DNA of 64,000 bases, from contig CAVPWX010000020.1 in assembly GCA_963709605.1 (NCBI GenBank), positions 401,337-465,336 on the forward strand. Direction: 5' to 3'. Position 1 is the stretch's first letter; each line of letters starts with the position of its first letter. The notes under the pieces were generated by a model, which was not told the origin of the DNA, searched no databases, and saw only the letters and a program-made list of their open reading frames with translations. The DNA is from an uncultured Chloroflexia bacterium. GTDB lineage: Bacteria > Chloroflexota > Limnocylindria > Limnocylindrales > CSP1-4. Shown here one piece after another: positions 29,796 to 38,660 of the stretch. The translations under genes and the position numbers were made by a program.

Positions 29796-30899
29796 TCAGG
29801 CGAAGGCGTGCCGCTCCGGCTCCGCACCGGCGCAGGGGCTGCCCCGGCCGTAGACGACCTCGCCCGCGGTGACATCCGCGATCGTCCAGAAGACGGTCTT
29901 CACGGCCGCGTCGCCGCCCGGGGATCCCGTTGCAGCGCCGGGATGACGGCAGATCGAGTCGGGTGCCCCCTCGTGGTCGGCGAGCCAGGACCGCAGGACG
30001 GCGGGCGTGACGGCCTCCGGGGGGCCGGCCTCGGCGCCGGCGAGCAGCGCGCAGGCCCGCTCATACCGGGCGGCGGAGCGCCGGGCATACGCGGGGTCGC
30101 CCTCGTAGAGCACCATGGCCGGCTCGACGTAGTGGTTCGTGTGGGCCAGCGTCTCCCCCACCCCGAGCGTCCGCACGACGGCTGCGCAGGCGCTGCCCTC
30201 GACGTTGACGGCGCGCCCGTCGCGGTGGGCGAAGACCGTGTTGTAGCTGCTGGCGCGGTCGGGACGCAGGGCCATCGCGACCGCCTCGTCGAGCGTGGCG
30301 GCCGTCAGCTGCTCGCGGACCATCAGGAGCCGCGGGACGCCCACCCGCTCGTCGTTCGGGGAGAGCTCGTTCCCGGTGAGCGAGAGCCCGGCGTCGTTCC
30401 AGCCGACGCTGATCCAGGGACCGATCCCCAGCGAGAAGACGACCGGCTCGCCGGGGACGCGCCACTCGATCGCTACCACCCGTGCCTCGCTCGCCTCCTC
30501 GAGGTCGTTGTTGTGAGCGACCCACAGGTGGCCGTCGGCGGTGTGCGGGGGCCCGATGACGAGGTCGGAGCAGCGGCCCGGCACGGGCTCGCGCGTGCCG
30601 GCCTGCGACGGACGCACGGTCCAGATCTCCTCGACCGAGACCGCGAAGAGCGCCAGCGGATCGACACCGGCACCCTCGGCAGCCCCCTCGATCTCCTCCG
30701 CCAGCCAGGGCGTCGCCGCTCGAGTGGCGGCGCGATAGCGGGCGGCGAGCGCCAGCTGCTCGTCGCGGGTCCGGCCGGCAGGCAGGGCGGCCTCGAAGGC
30801 CACGGCTTCGCGGAGGACGGGGGCCGTGGCCGCCCCGACGGCGCGGCCCACCTCGCGGTGGGTGCCGGCGACCCGCACGAGCGGGATCCGCACGCCCAT
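29796..30899 (-). CDS. Peptidase C45 / acyl-CoA:6-aminopenicillanic-acid acyltransferase-like Ntn hydrolase
   Basis: C-terminal 368 aa of ORF 29796..32693 (MGVRIPLVRVAGTHREVG...). C45-like. ATG at 30899. Confidence 0.6.
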   Translation of the reverse strand: MGVRIPLVRVAGTHREVGRAVGAATAPVLREAVAFEAALPAGRTRDEQLALAARYRAATRAATPWLAEEIEGAAEGAGVDPLALFAVSVEEIWTVRPSQAGTREPVPGRCSDLVIGPPHTADGHLWVAHNNDLEEASEARVVAIEWRVPGEPVVFSLGIGPWISVGWNDAGLSLTGNELSPNDERVGVPRLLMVREQLTAATLDEAVAMALRPDRASSYNTVFAHRDGRAVNVEGSACAAVVRTLGVGETLAHTNHYVEPAMVLYEGDPAYARRSAARYERACALLAGAEAGPPEAVTPAVLRSWLADHEGAPDSICRHPGAATGSPGGDAAVKTVFWTIADVTAGEVVYGRGSPCAGAEPERHAFA

Positions 30900-30916
30900 C
30901 GCGGCGGTCCGCTCCC

Positions 30917-33060
30917 CTAGATCCCGGCCCGGGCGGCGGGGAGCGGCGGCAGGCGCTTCTTCCCCCTGACCAGGAAGTGGTCGAACCAGCCGCGCACCTG
31001 GACCAGGTTCTCCACCCGCCGGTAGGGCGTCCCGGAGCGGGTCAGCTCGTGGCTCTCGTCGGGGACGCGCATCAGGCGGACCGGCCGCTTGAGCGTCCGC
31101 AGGACCGCGAACAGCGCCTCGGCCTGGCCGATCGGGCAGCGCAGGTCGTTCTCGGCGTGCTGGATGAGGAGCGGCGTCCGGATCCGGTCGGCGTAGGTGA
31201 TGGGAGAGAGCTCGCGATAGAGGTCCGGCTTCTCCCAGGGCCGAGCCCCGAACTCGAGGACCCCGAAGACGCCCCCGGCGAGGTCGCCGGTCAGCATCAG
31301 GCTGGTCAGGTCGGTGACGCTGCGGCAGGTCATCGCGGCCGCGAAGCGGTCGCTGTGGCCGATGATCCAGTTCGTCAGGTAGCCGCCGTAGGAGCCGCCC
31401 GTCACCCCCAGCCGGGCCGGGTCGGCGACGCCGGCCGCCACCAGCGCCTCGACGTGGGCCATGACGTCGCGCATCGGGCCATCGCCCCAGTCGGGGAGGT
31501 TCGCGCTGTTGAACTCCTCCCCGTAGCCCTCGGACCCGCGGGGGTTCGTGTAGAGCACGCTGACCCCGGCGCCGGCGAGGACCTGGAACTCCCAGCACGG
31601 GGCCCAGCCGTAGAGGGTGTGCGGGCCGCCGTGGATCTGCAGGACCAGCGGCGCCGCCTCGCCCCGCTCCGCCGCGGCGGAACGGAGGAGCCAGCCCTGG
31701 ACATCGCGCCCGTCCACGGTCTCCCAGCGCTCCTCCGGGACCCGGAGGTCCAGCTCGGCGAGGAGCGGGTCGTTGAAGGCAGTGACCCTGCGCAACGTCC
31801 GCGCGCGGAGCGACGCGGCCGTCGGGGCGCAGGTCGAGGACGTGGACGTCGGGCAGCGCCGTGGCCGCGGACCGGATCGCCGCCACGCGCGCCCCGCCGC
31901 CGGGCAGCGCGGCGACATCCCAGCCCGACAGGTAGTGGCGGTCGTCGGTCAGGCGCTCGACGGCACCGTCCACGAGCGCGATCCGCCACAGCTCGTAGGA
32001 GCCGCGGACCGGCGCCGTGAACAGGAGATGCCGCCCGTCGGGGGTGAGCCGGAGGCGGGGCGCCTCGCCCGGCGTGACGTCGCTGCCCATCGTCGCCGCG
32101 ACCATGAGGTCGGTCGGGCCGGAGAGGTTGCGGCCGCCACCGGGATGCGCCTCGGAGCCGTCGGCGGCAAAGAGCCAGACGTCGGTCCGGGAGCCGCCGA
32201 GACGCGGCCAACGATGCCCGGCAACGGCAAGCGTCGTCCCGTCGGGCAGCCAGGCCGGGGTGCCGAAGGCGCAGCCGGCGCCGTCGGTGACGCGCGTGAC
32301 CGCCCCGCTCGCCGACGTCGACGACGAAGACGTCGAACTGGTAGTCGAGGTCGTGGTCGCGGCCGCGCGAAGCCGAGAAGGCGATCCGCGTCCCGTCGGG
32401 CGACCAGGCCGGGCCCTCGTCGGTGGTCGGCCCGTCGGTGAGACGGCGGGCAGCACCGGTCTCGGCGTCGACGAGCCAGAGGTGGCCGACCTTGTCGTCG
32501 ATGAAGCCGGGCCCGTTGAGCACCCCCTGCAGGCGGTCGAAGTACCGGTAGTCGGAGTGGGGCATCTCGCCCGGCTGCGGCGGCTTCGGCTTCCCCCGGG
32601 CCCGGCGATCCTCCTCGCGTGTGGCCCCGAAGGAGGTGGTCCGCACCACGAGGGAACGGCCGTCGGGCGACCACTCGAACGCGTCGACGCCACGCGGGAG
32701 GTCCGTCAGGCGCCGCGCCTCTCCGCCGGTCAGCGGCAGGAGGTGGACCTGCGTGCCGTCCTCGCGGTCCTGGGGCGCGCCCGGCTCCTCCTCGACGAGC
32801 GGGCGCCGGTCGGACAGGAAGGCGAGGGTGCGGCCGTCCGGCGAGAAGCGGGGCCGCGTGTCGTGGCGAGCGCCGATCGTCACCTGGCGCGCTCCGGCGT
32901 TCCCGTCGACGGGAACCAGCCACACCGCGTGCCGATAGCCGTCCCGGCCGGGGGCCACGACCTGGACGGTCATCGCGACCAGAGCCCCGTCGGGCGAGAG
33001 GTGGGGGTCGGTGGGGATCCTGAGCCTGTAGAGGTCCTCGGGGGTCGGCGGTCGAAGCAT
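30917..33060 (-). CDS. S9 family serine peptidase (acylaminoacyl-peptidase/DPP-like; apparent frameshifts)
   Basis: N-terminal beta-propeller region (RFSPDGRTLAFLSDRR) and C-terminal alpha/beta hydrolase with GGSYGG. Split over ORFs 31402..33060 and 30917..31918. Confidence 0.75.
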
Positions 33061-33190
33061 GGCCCCGAGTGTACGACCCTCCGCCCGGTGCGACGGGCCG
33101 TTCCGCCGTGGTCATGGCGCGCCCGCCGCGCGATGATGTGTCCCGAGCCCGCCGCCCGGCGGCTCGGCCTGCCCGCCCGGAGGAGCCCCG

Positions 33191-34096
33191 ATGCGCATCC
33201 TTCTCGCCCTCGACGGCTCCCCGTCCGCCGACCGGGCGCGGGCGCTCGTCACCTCGCTCGCCTGGCCGCCGGGGACCACGATCCGTATCGTCGCCGCGCT
33301 CGACGTCGCCCCCGCGCTGTGGGGCGGGCCCTGGATCCCGGCCGTGCCCGTCGACGCCGACCAGATGGAGGACGAGGCCGTCGCCGAGCTGACCCGGGTC
33401 CTCCAGGAGGCCGGTCCGCCGCTGCAGTCCGCGGGCCTGACGGTGGAGGCCGAGCTCCTCCGCGGGCGCCCTTCGGCCGCCATCGTCGATGACGCGAGGC
33501 TGTGGGGGCCGGACCTCATCGTCGTCGGCAGTCGCGGCCACGGGCCGGTCGAGATCGCGGTGCTGGGCTCCGTCTCGGCGGCCGTTGTCGACCACGCCGC
33601 GTGCCCGGTCCTCGTCGCCCGCGGCGACCACGCCGCGCGGGTGATCCTCGCCGAGGACGGCTCCCCGGCCGGGATGGCCGCCCGGGACGTCGTGGCGACC
33701 TGGCCGGCCTTCGCGACGCTTCCGGTGCTGGTGGTCGGCGTCGTGGACGTCGCCGCGCCGTGGCGCTCGGGGATCGCGCCGACGATGTTCGCCGCCGCCA
33801 TGGACGTCTACACGGAGATGCTCGCGAACGCCCGGAACACCCACCGCGAGATCGTGGCCGCCACGGAAGCGTACCTCCGGGCGGCCGGGCGGCAGGCGGA
33901 CGGCGAGCTCCGGGAGGGCGACCCGTCGGACCAGCTTCGCCGCGCGGCCGGCGACCCGGCCGGCGACCTGCTCGTCGTCGGGTCCCGGGGCCACGTGGGG
34001 ATCACCCGGCTCGTCATGGGCAGCGTGGCCCACTCGGTGCTGACCCACGCCCACTGCTCGGTGCTCGTCGTCAAGGGGTCGCACGAGGGCCACTGA
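33191..34096 (+). CDS. Tandem-domain universal stress protein (UspA x2)
   Basis: Two Usp domains, each ending ...VGSRGHG...VLGSV...H..CPVLVV. Confidence 0.75.
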   Translation: MRILLALDGSPSADRARALVTSLAWPPGTTIRIVAALDVAPALWGGPWIPAVPVDADQMEDEAVAELTRVLQEAGPPLQSAGLTVEAELLRGRPSAAIVDDARLWGPDLIVVGSRGHGPVEIAVLGSVSAAVVDHAACPVLVARGDHAARVILAEDGSPAGMAARDVVATWPAFATLPVLVVGVVDVAAPWRSGIAPTMFAAAMDVYTEMLANARNTHREIVAATEAYLRAAGRQADGELREGDPSDQLRRAAGDPAGDLLVVGSRGHVGITRLVMGSVAHSVLTHAHCSVLVVKGSHEGH

Positions 34097-34126
34097 ACGG
34101 CCCGTCCGGCAGGGGCGCGTCCTGCG

Positions 34127-34461
34127 CCGCCGTGCGCGCCGGGGCCCGCCCGATCGGTCCTGCGATCGGTCCGGTGACGGCCACGCCCGGTGAGAGGGGC
34201 GATCCGTCGGAACCGCCGAGCGATCACGCTCGGCTGTCGCCACCGCGCGCGCAGGACCGATCACCCCGGGGAGCCGGGCTCCGACGTGCGCTTGATCGCC
34301 GGGACGCGCCCCGCCGTGCGCGCCGGGGCCCGCCCGATCGGTCCTGCGATCGGTCCGGTGACGGCCACGCCCGGTCAGAGGGGCGATCCGTCGGAACCGC
34401 CGAGCGATCACGCTCGGCTGTCGCCACCGCGCGCGCAGGACCGATCACCCCGGGGAGCCGG
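34127..34461. repeat. Two copies of a 151-bp element (34127-34277 and 34311-34461, 1 mismatch). Each contains 13-bp terminal inverted repeats, GATCGGTCCTGCG...CGCAGGACCGATC. MITE/REP-like.
   Basis: Direct reading. It is intergenic, between uspA and a convergent permease gene. Confidence 0.8.
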
Positions 34462-34490
34462 CCCGCCGGGCCCCGAGCCGGCCCGCCTGG

Positions 34491-34605
34491 CCTGCCCTGC
34501 CTCGGCCGGCGCCCCGGAGGCGGGCCGGCACCCGGCCCTGCCTCGGCCGGCGCCCCGGAGGCGGCCCGGCTCGGAGGCGGCCCTGCCTCGGCCGGCGCTT
34601 CGGCA
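34491..34605. repeat. Short tandem repeats CTGCCTCGGCCGGCGCCCCGGAGGCG, two copies plus a partial third
   Basis: Direct reading. Confidence 0.7.
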
Positions 34606-34650
34606 ACCCTGCCCGCCGTGGCGGCGGCCCACTCGCGGCCGGAGCCGCCG

Positions 34651-35916
34651 TCAGCGGCTGCGGGCCGCCCGGACCACCCCGCCGACGCTCGGTCGCTGCC
34701 CGTAGAGGAGGACGCCGGCCGCGTAGATCCGGGCCGCGACCAGGAGGGCGATAAGGATCGCCGCGACCAGGAGGCCGATCGCGAGCGCCAGCTCCCACGG
34801 CTCCACCCATCCGACGACGAGGCGCGTCAGCATCAGGTAGGGGCTGAAGAAGGGCAGCCAGGAGAGCGGGGCCACCCACGGCGCGGCAGGGTTGGTCGAG
34901 GCGAAGAAGGCGGCGAAGTACGCCGCGAACGAGAGCATCAGCATCGGGAGGGCCACCTGCTGGACGTCCTCCTGGCGGCTCACCAGCGAGCCCGCCGCGG
35001 CGTAGACGAGCGCGGTCAGGACGAACCCGAGGAGGAAGAAGACGACGAAGGCGGCCAGGATACCGGGTGTCAGCCCGGCGAGGGGCGTGCCGTCGCCGGC
35101 CTCGCCCAGCACCAGGCGGGCCAGCGGCCCCTGGAGGGCCACCACCGCGGCCGCGGGCAGCACGATGGCGGCCAGCTGGGTCAGGCCGGCGCCCCCGACG
35201 CCCACCACCTTGCCGGCCAGCATCTCCCCGGGGGTCGCGGCATTCAGCATCACCTCCATGACGCGGCTCGACTTCTCCTCGGCGACGCTCGTCGCGACCC
35301 ACATCCCGTAGGTCACCGAGGTGACGAAGACGAGGATGACGAGGATCGTGGCGAGGATCTGGTTGCCCGCGGCGTCGAGCTCCGAGCCTCCCGGCCTGTC
35401 GCCCGGGATGGCGTCGGTCACCACGAACTCGCCGATCAGCCCCTTTGCCTCGTCGGCCCGGATGCTCGCCGCGACGGCGACCGCCACGAGCCGGAACAGG
35501 ATCGCCTGCCGGCCGGCCGGGTTCCCGGTGACGTATTCGAAGTCGAGCCGCTCCTCGGCCCCGATCGTCACGACGAGCAGGCCGTCGAGCGTCCCGGCGG
35601 CGACCTCGGCGCGGGCCTCCGGCACGTCCGCCGGGTCGACGAGGATGAACTCGTAGATCGGGCTGGCCGTCGGGTCGAGGCCGGCGCCTTCGTTGAGGAC
35701 GATCTCCAGCGAGCGAAGCGTCAGGTCGGCGGTCCGGGCGTCGGGCGCGCTGGCCGCGATCCGGACGACGGACTCGCGCTCGAGGACGCGGATGGCCAGC
35801 GGGGCGAGCGCGGCGGCAGTGGCCACCACCGCGAGGACGAGCGTGGAGATCGCGAAGGCCCGGCTCCGGACGCGGACGCCGTACTCGCGCCCGGCCACGA
35901 GACGGGCGTTGCGCAC
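34651..35916 (-). CDS. ABC-2/YhgE-like multi-TM permease (orphan, no adjacent ATPase)
   Basis: N-terminal TM, large extracytoplasmic region, then about 5 C-terminal TMs. The start is uncertain (GTG at 35916). Confidence 0.5.
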   Translation of the reverse strand: MRNARLVAGREYGVRVRSRAFAISTLVLAVVATAAALAPLAIRVLERESVVRIAASAPDARTADLTLRSLEIVLNEGAGLDPTASPIYEFILVDPADVPEARAEVAAGTLDGLLVVTIGAEERLDFEYVTGNPAGRQAILFRLVAVAVAASIRADEAKGLIGEFVVTDAIPGDRPGGSELDAAGNQILATILVILVFVTSVTYGMWVATSVAEEKSSRVMEVMLNAATPGEMLAGKVVGVGGAGLTQLAAIVLPAAAVVALQGPLARLVLGEAGDGTPLAGLTPGILAAFVVFFLLGFVLTALVYAAAGSLVSRQEDVQQVALPMLMLSFAAYFAAFFASTNPAAPWVAPLSWLPFFSPYLMLTRLVVGWVEPWELALAIGLLVAAILIALLVAARIYAAGVLLYGQRPSVGGVVRAARSR

Positions 35917-35997
35917 GAAGACGGAGCCGGGGTCGCTGCGACGCACGGGCGAAGTCTGCCGGAACCTGCCTTCCGGCGCCGCCCGTACAATCCGGGC

Positions 35998-36390
35998 ATG
36001 ACCTCCAGCTACCTCCGGGGCGACGACGTGACGGCGCCGCTGCGCATCCACGCCGATCGCGAGGCGCGGACCCTCCGCATCGACTGGGCCGACGGCCACG
36101 TCTCCACATACGGCTTCGACCTCCTCCGCTGGCTATGCCCCTGCGCCTACTGCCGCGGCGAGGCCGGGCTCCCGGGCTGGCTGGACTCGAACCCCACCCT
36201 CACGGCCAAGCAGACGCGGCTCGTCTCGATCGAGCCGGTCGGCGGGTACGCGATCGCGCCGTCGTGGGGTGACGGGCACCACACCGGCTTCTACACGTAC
36301 ACCGCGCTGCGCGCCCACTGCCCCTGCCCAGCCTGCGTCGCCGCCCGAACTGCCGGCGGGCATCCCGATCCGGGCCGCCCGTCCGCCTGA
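35998..36390 (+). CDS. DUF971 (gamma-butyrobetaine hydroxylase-like N-terminal domain) Cys-rich protein
   Basis: CPCAYC...CPCPAC motifs. 130 aa. Confidence 0.5.
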   Translation: MTSSYLRGDDVTAPLRIHADREARTLRIDWADGHVSTYGFDLLRWLCPCAYCRGEAGLPGWLDSNPTLTAKQTRLVSIEPVGGYAIAPSWGDGHHTGFYTYTALRAHCPCPACVAARTAGGHPDPGRPSA

Positions 36391-36501
36391 CATCGGTCGA
36401 TCCGGCCCTCGGGGCCGGGGCGCGAGCGTGCTACGATCGCCGGCCGGACCGAATCGCGCCGCCGGCGCCCGACGGTCCCCCAGGATCGCCGACACGCCCG
36501 C

Positions 36502-38652
36502 ATGACCACCCTCCGCGCGCGCCCCCGCCGCCCCGGACGCCGCCGTCCGGCGGGGGTTCCCTACATCAACCGGGAGCTCTCCTGGCTCGACTTCAACGCG
36601 CGCGTCCTGCACGAGGCCCGCGACGAGCGGAACCCGCTCCTGGAGCGGGCGAAGTTCCTCGCCATCTTCGCCTCGAACCTCGACGAGTTCTTCCAGGTCC
36701 GCGTCTCGGGCCTCATGGAGCAGGTGGCCGCGGGGAGCGGCAGGCGATCCTCGGACGGGCGCACCGCGGCCGAGCAGCTCGTCGCCATCCGCGACCGCGT
36801 CCAGGACCTGGTCAACGAGCACAGCCGCCTCTTCGGGCAGGTCCGGGCGGGCCTCGCCGGGCACGGCATCTCCATCGTGGACCACGCCGCAGTCCCAGAG
36901 CATCACGCCCGCCTCCGGGAGCGCTACCTGGAGGAGATCTTCCCCGTCCTGACGCCGCTCGCCGTGGCGTCCGGCCATCCGTTCCCCTACATCAGCACCC
37001 TGAGCCTCTCCCTGGCGATCACCGTGGCCGACCCGGTGACGGACGAGGAGCGCTTCGCGCGAGTCAAGGTCCCACCCATCCTGCCCCGCCTCGTCGAGGC
37101 CGAGGCCCACATGTTCGTCCCCCTCGAGCAGGTGATCGCGGCGAACCTCGACGCGCTCTTCCCGGGCATGCAGATCGTCCAGGCCCACATGTTCCGGGTC
37201 ACCCGCGACGCCGACTTCGACATCGAGGAGGACGAGGCGGGCGACCTCCTCCTGGCGATCGAGCAGGAGCTCCGCCGCCGTCGCTTCGGCTCTGCCGTCC
37301 GCCTCGAGGTCGAGGAGGGGATGCCAGCCGGGATGCGCGACTTCCTTCTGACCGGGATCGGCCTCGGCGCAGCCGACCTCTTCGAAGTCCCCGACATGCT
37401 GGACCTCACCTGCCTCTGGCAGATCGCGACGCTCGAGGTGCCGGAGCTGCGCGATCCGCCGTGGACCCCGGTCGTGCCGCCGCGCCTGATCCCGGTCGAC
37501 GAGGGTGAGCCCGTCGATGTCTTCGCCGCGATCCGCCAGGGCGACCTCCTCGTCCACCATCCGTACGAGTCGTTCACCGCGTCGGTCGAGCGCTTCATCA
37601 CCCAGGCGGCCGACGACCCGGATGTGCTGTCGATCAAGCAGACGCTCTATCGCACGTCCGGCGACTCGCCGGTCGTCCGCGACCTGATCCGGGCCGCCGA
37701 GCAGGGCAAGCAGGTCGTGGTGCTCGTGGAGATCAAGGCCCGCTTCGACGAGGAGGCCAACATCGTCTGGGCCCGCAAGCTGGAGCAGGCGGGCGCCCAC
37801 GTCGTGTACGGGCTGGTCGGCCTCAAGACCCACAGCAAGGTGGCCCTCGTGGTCCGCCGCGAGGGCTCCGGGCTGCGGCGCTATCTCCACCTCGGAACCG
37901 GCAACTACAACCCCAAGACGGCGCGCCTCTACACGGACCTCGGCCTCCTCACCTGCCGGCCGGAGCTCGGCGCCGACGCGACCGACCTCTTCAACTTCCT
38001 CACCGGGCTCTCGCGCCAGCAGGGGTTCCGGCGCCTCCTCGTCGCGCCCGACACGCTGCGGCCCCGGATCCGCGACCTCATCGCCCGCGAGGCGGACCAC
38101 GCCCGGGCCGGCCGGCCCGCCCGCATCGTGGTCAAGGTCAACGCCCTCGTCGACCCCGAGATGGTCGAGCACCTCTACGACGCCAACGATGCGGGGGTCG
38201 AGATCGAGTGCATCGTCCGGGGCGCCTGCAGCCTCAACCCCGGCCTCCCGGGCCGGTCGGAGCGCATCCGCGTCCGCTCGATCATCGGCGAGTTCCTGGA
38301 GCACAGCCGCATCTTCGGCTTCGCCAACGGCGGCCGGCAGGAGTGGTACACCGGGTCCGCGGACCTCATGGAGCGCAACCTCGACCGGCGGATCGAGGTG
38401 GTCTTCCCGGTCGAGGACCTGGCCGCCCAGGCGCGGATCGAGGAGATCATCGCGGTCCTGCTGGCAGACGACCGCCGCTCCTGGCAGCTCGGCACCGACG
38501 CGACCTGGCGCCGGACGGAGGAGATCCTCCGGGCGCCCGGCTCGACCGACACGTTCGTGACCCTCAAGGAACGGGCCATCGCCGCCGCCGCCGTCGCCGT
38601 GGAGATCGCGCCGGAGGGGCCGCCGACCGCGTCGATGGACCCGCGGGCCTAG
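36502..38652 (+). CDS. ppk: Polyphosphate kinase 1
   Basis: 716 aa. N-terminus PYINRELSWLDFNARVL, and PPK1 N, H, C1 and C2 domains. Confidence 0.9.
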   Translation: MTTLRARPRRPGRRRPAGVPYINRELSWLDFNARVLHEARDERNPLLERAKFLAIFASNLDEFFQVRVSGLMEQVAAGSGRRSSDGRTAAEQLVAIRDRVQDLVNEHSRLFGQVRAGLAGHGISIVDHAAVPEHHARLRERYLEEIFPVLTPLAVASGHPFPYISTLSLSLAITVADPVTDEERFARVKVPPILPRLVEAEAHMFVPLEQVIAANLDALFPGMQIVQAHMFRVTRDADFDIEEDEAGDLLLAIEQELRRRRFGSAVRLEVEEGMPAGMRDFLLTGIGLGAADLFEVPDMLDLTCLWQIATLEVPELRDPPWTPVVPPRLIPVDEGEPVDVFAAIRQGDLLVHHPYESFTASVERFITQAADDPDVLSIKQTLYRTSGDSPVVRDLIRAAEQGKQVVVLVEIKARFDEEANIVWARKLEQAGAHVVYGLVGLKTHSKVALVVRREGSGLRRYLHLGTGNYNPKTARLYTDLGLLTCRPELGADATDLFNFLTGLSRQQGFRRLLVAPDTLRPRIRDLIAREADHARAGRPARIVVKVNALVDPEMVEHLYDANDAGVEIECIVRGACSLNPGLPGRSERIRVRSIIGEFLEHSRIFGFANGGRQEWYTGSADLMERNLDRRIEVVFPVEDLAAQARIEEIIAVLLADDRRSWQLGTDATWRRTEEILRAPGSTDTFVTLKERAIAAAAVAVEIAPEGPPTASMDPRA

Positions 38653-38660
38653 GAGATTCG

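Noticed and set aside
29796-32693. A 965-aa ORF suggesting a giant fusion protein
   Set aside because: Only the C-terminal 368 aa is coherent (C45 family). The N-terminal two thirds run in an alternative frame across the frameshifted S9 peptidase gene.
33502-36390. A 962-aa ORF on the plus strand spanning the repeat region and the permease gene
   Set aside because: Only the last 130 codons (35998..36390, DUF971) look real. The remainder is antisense to the permease gene, or crosses the non-coding repeat array, with R/G/P-rich composition.
36133-38304. A 723-aa ORF on the minus strand
   Set aside because: It is antisense to ppk1, which has unmistakable PPK1 motifs on the plus strand. The product is Asp/Glu/Gly/Arg-rich noise.
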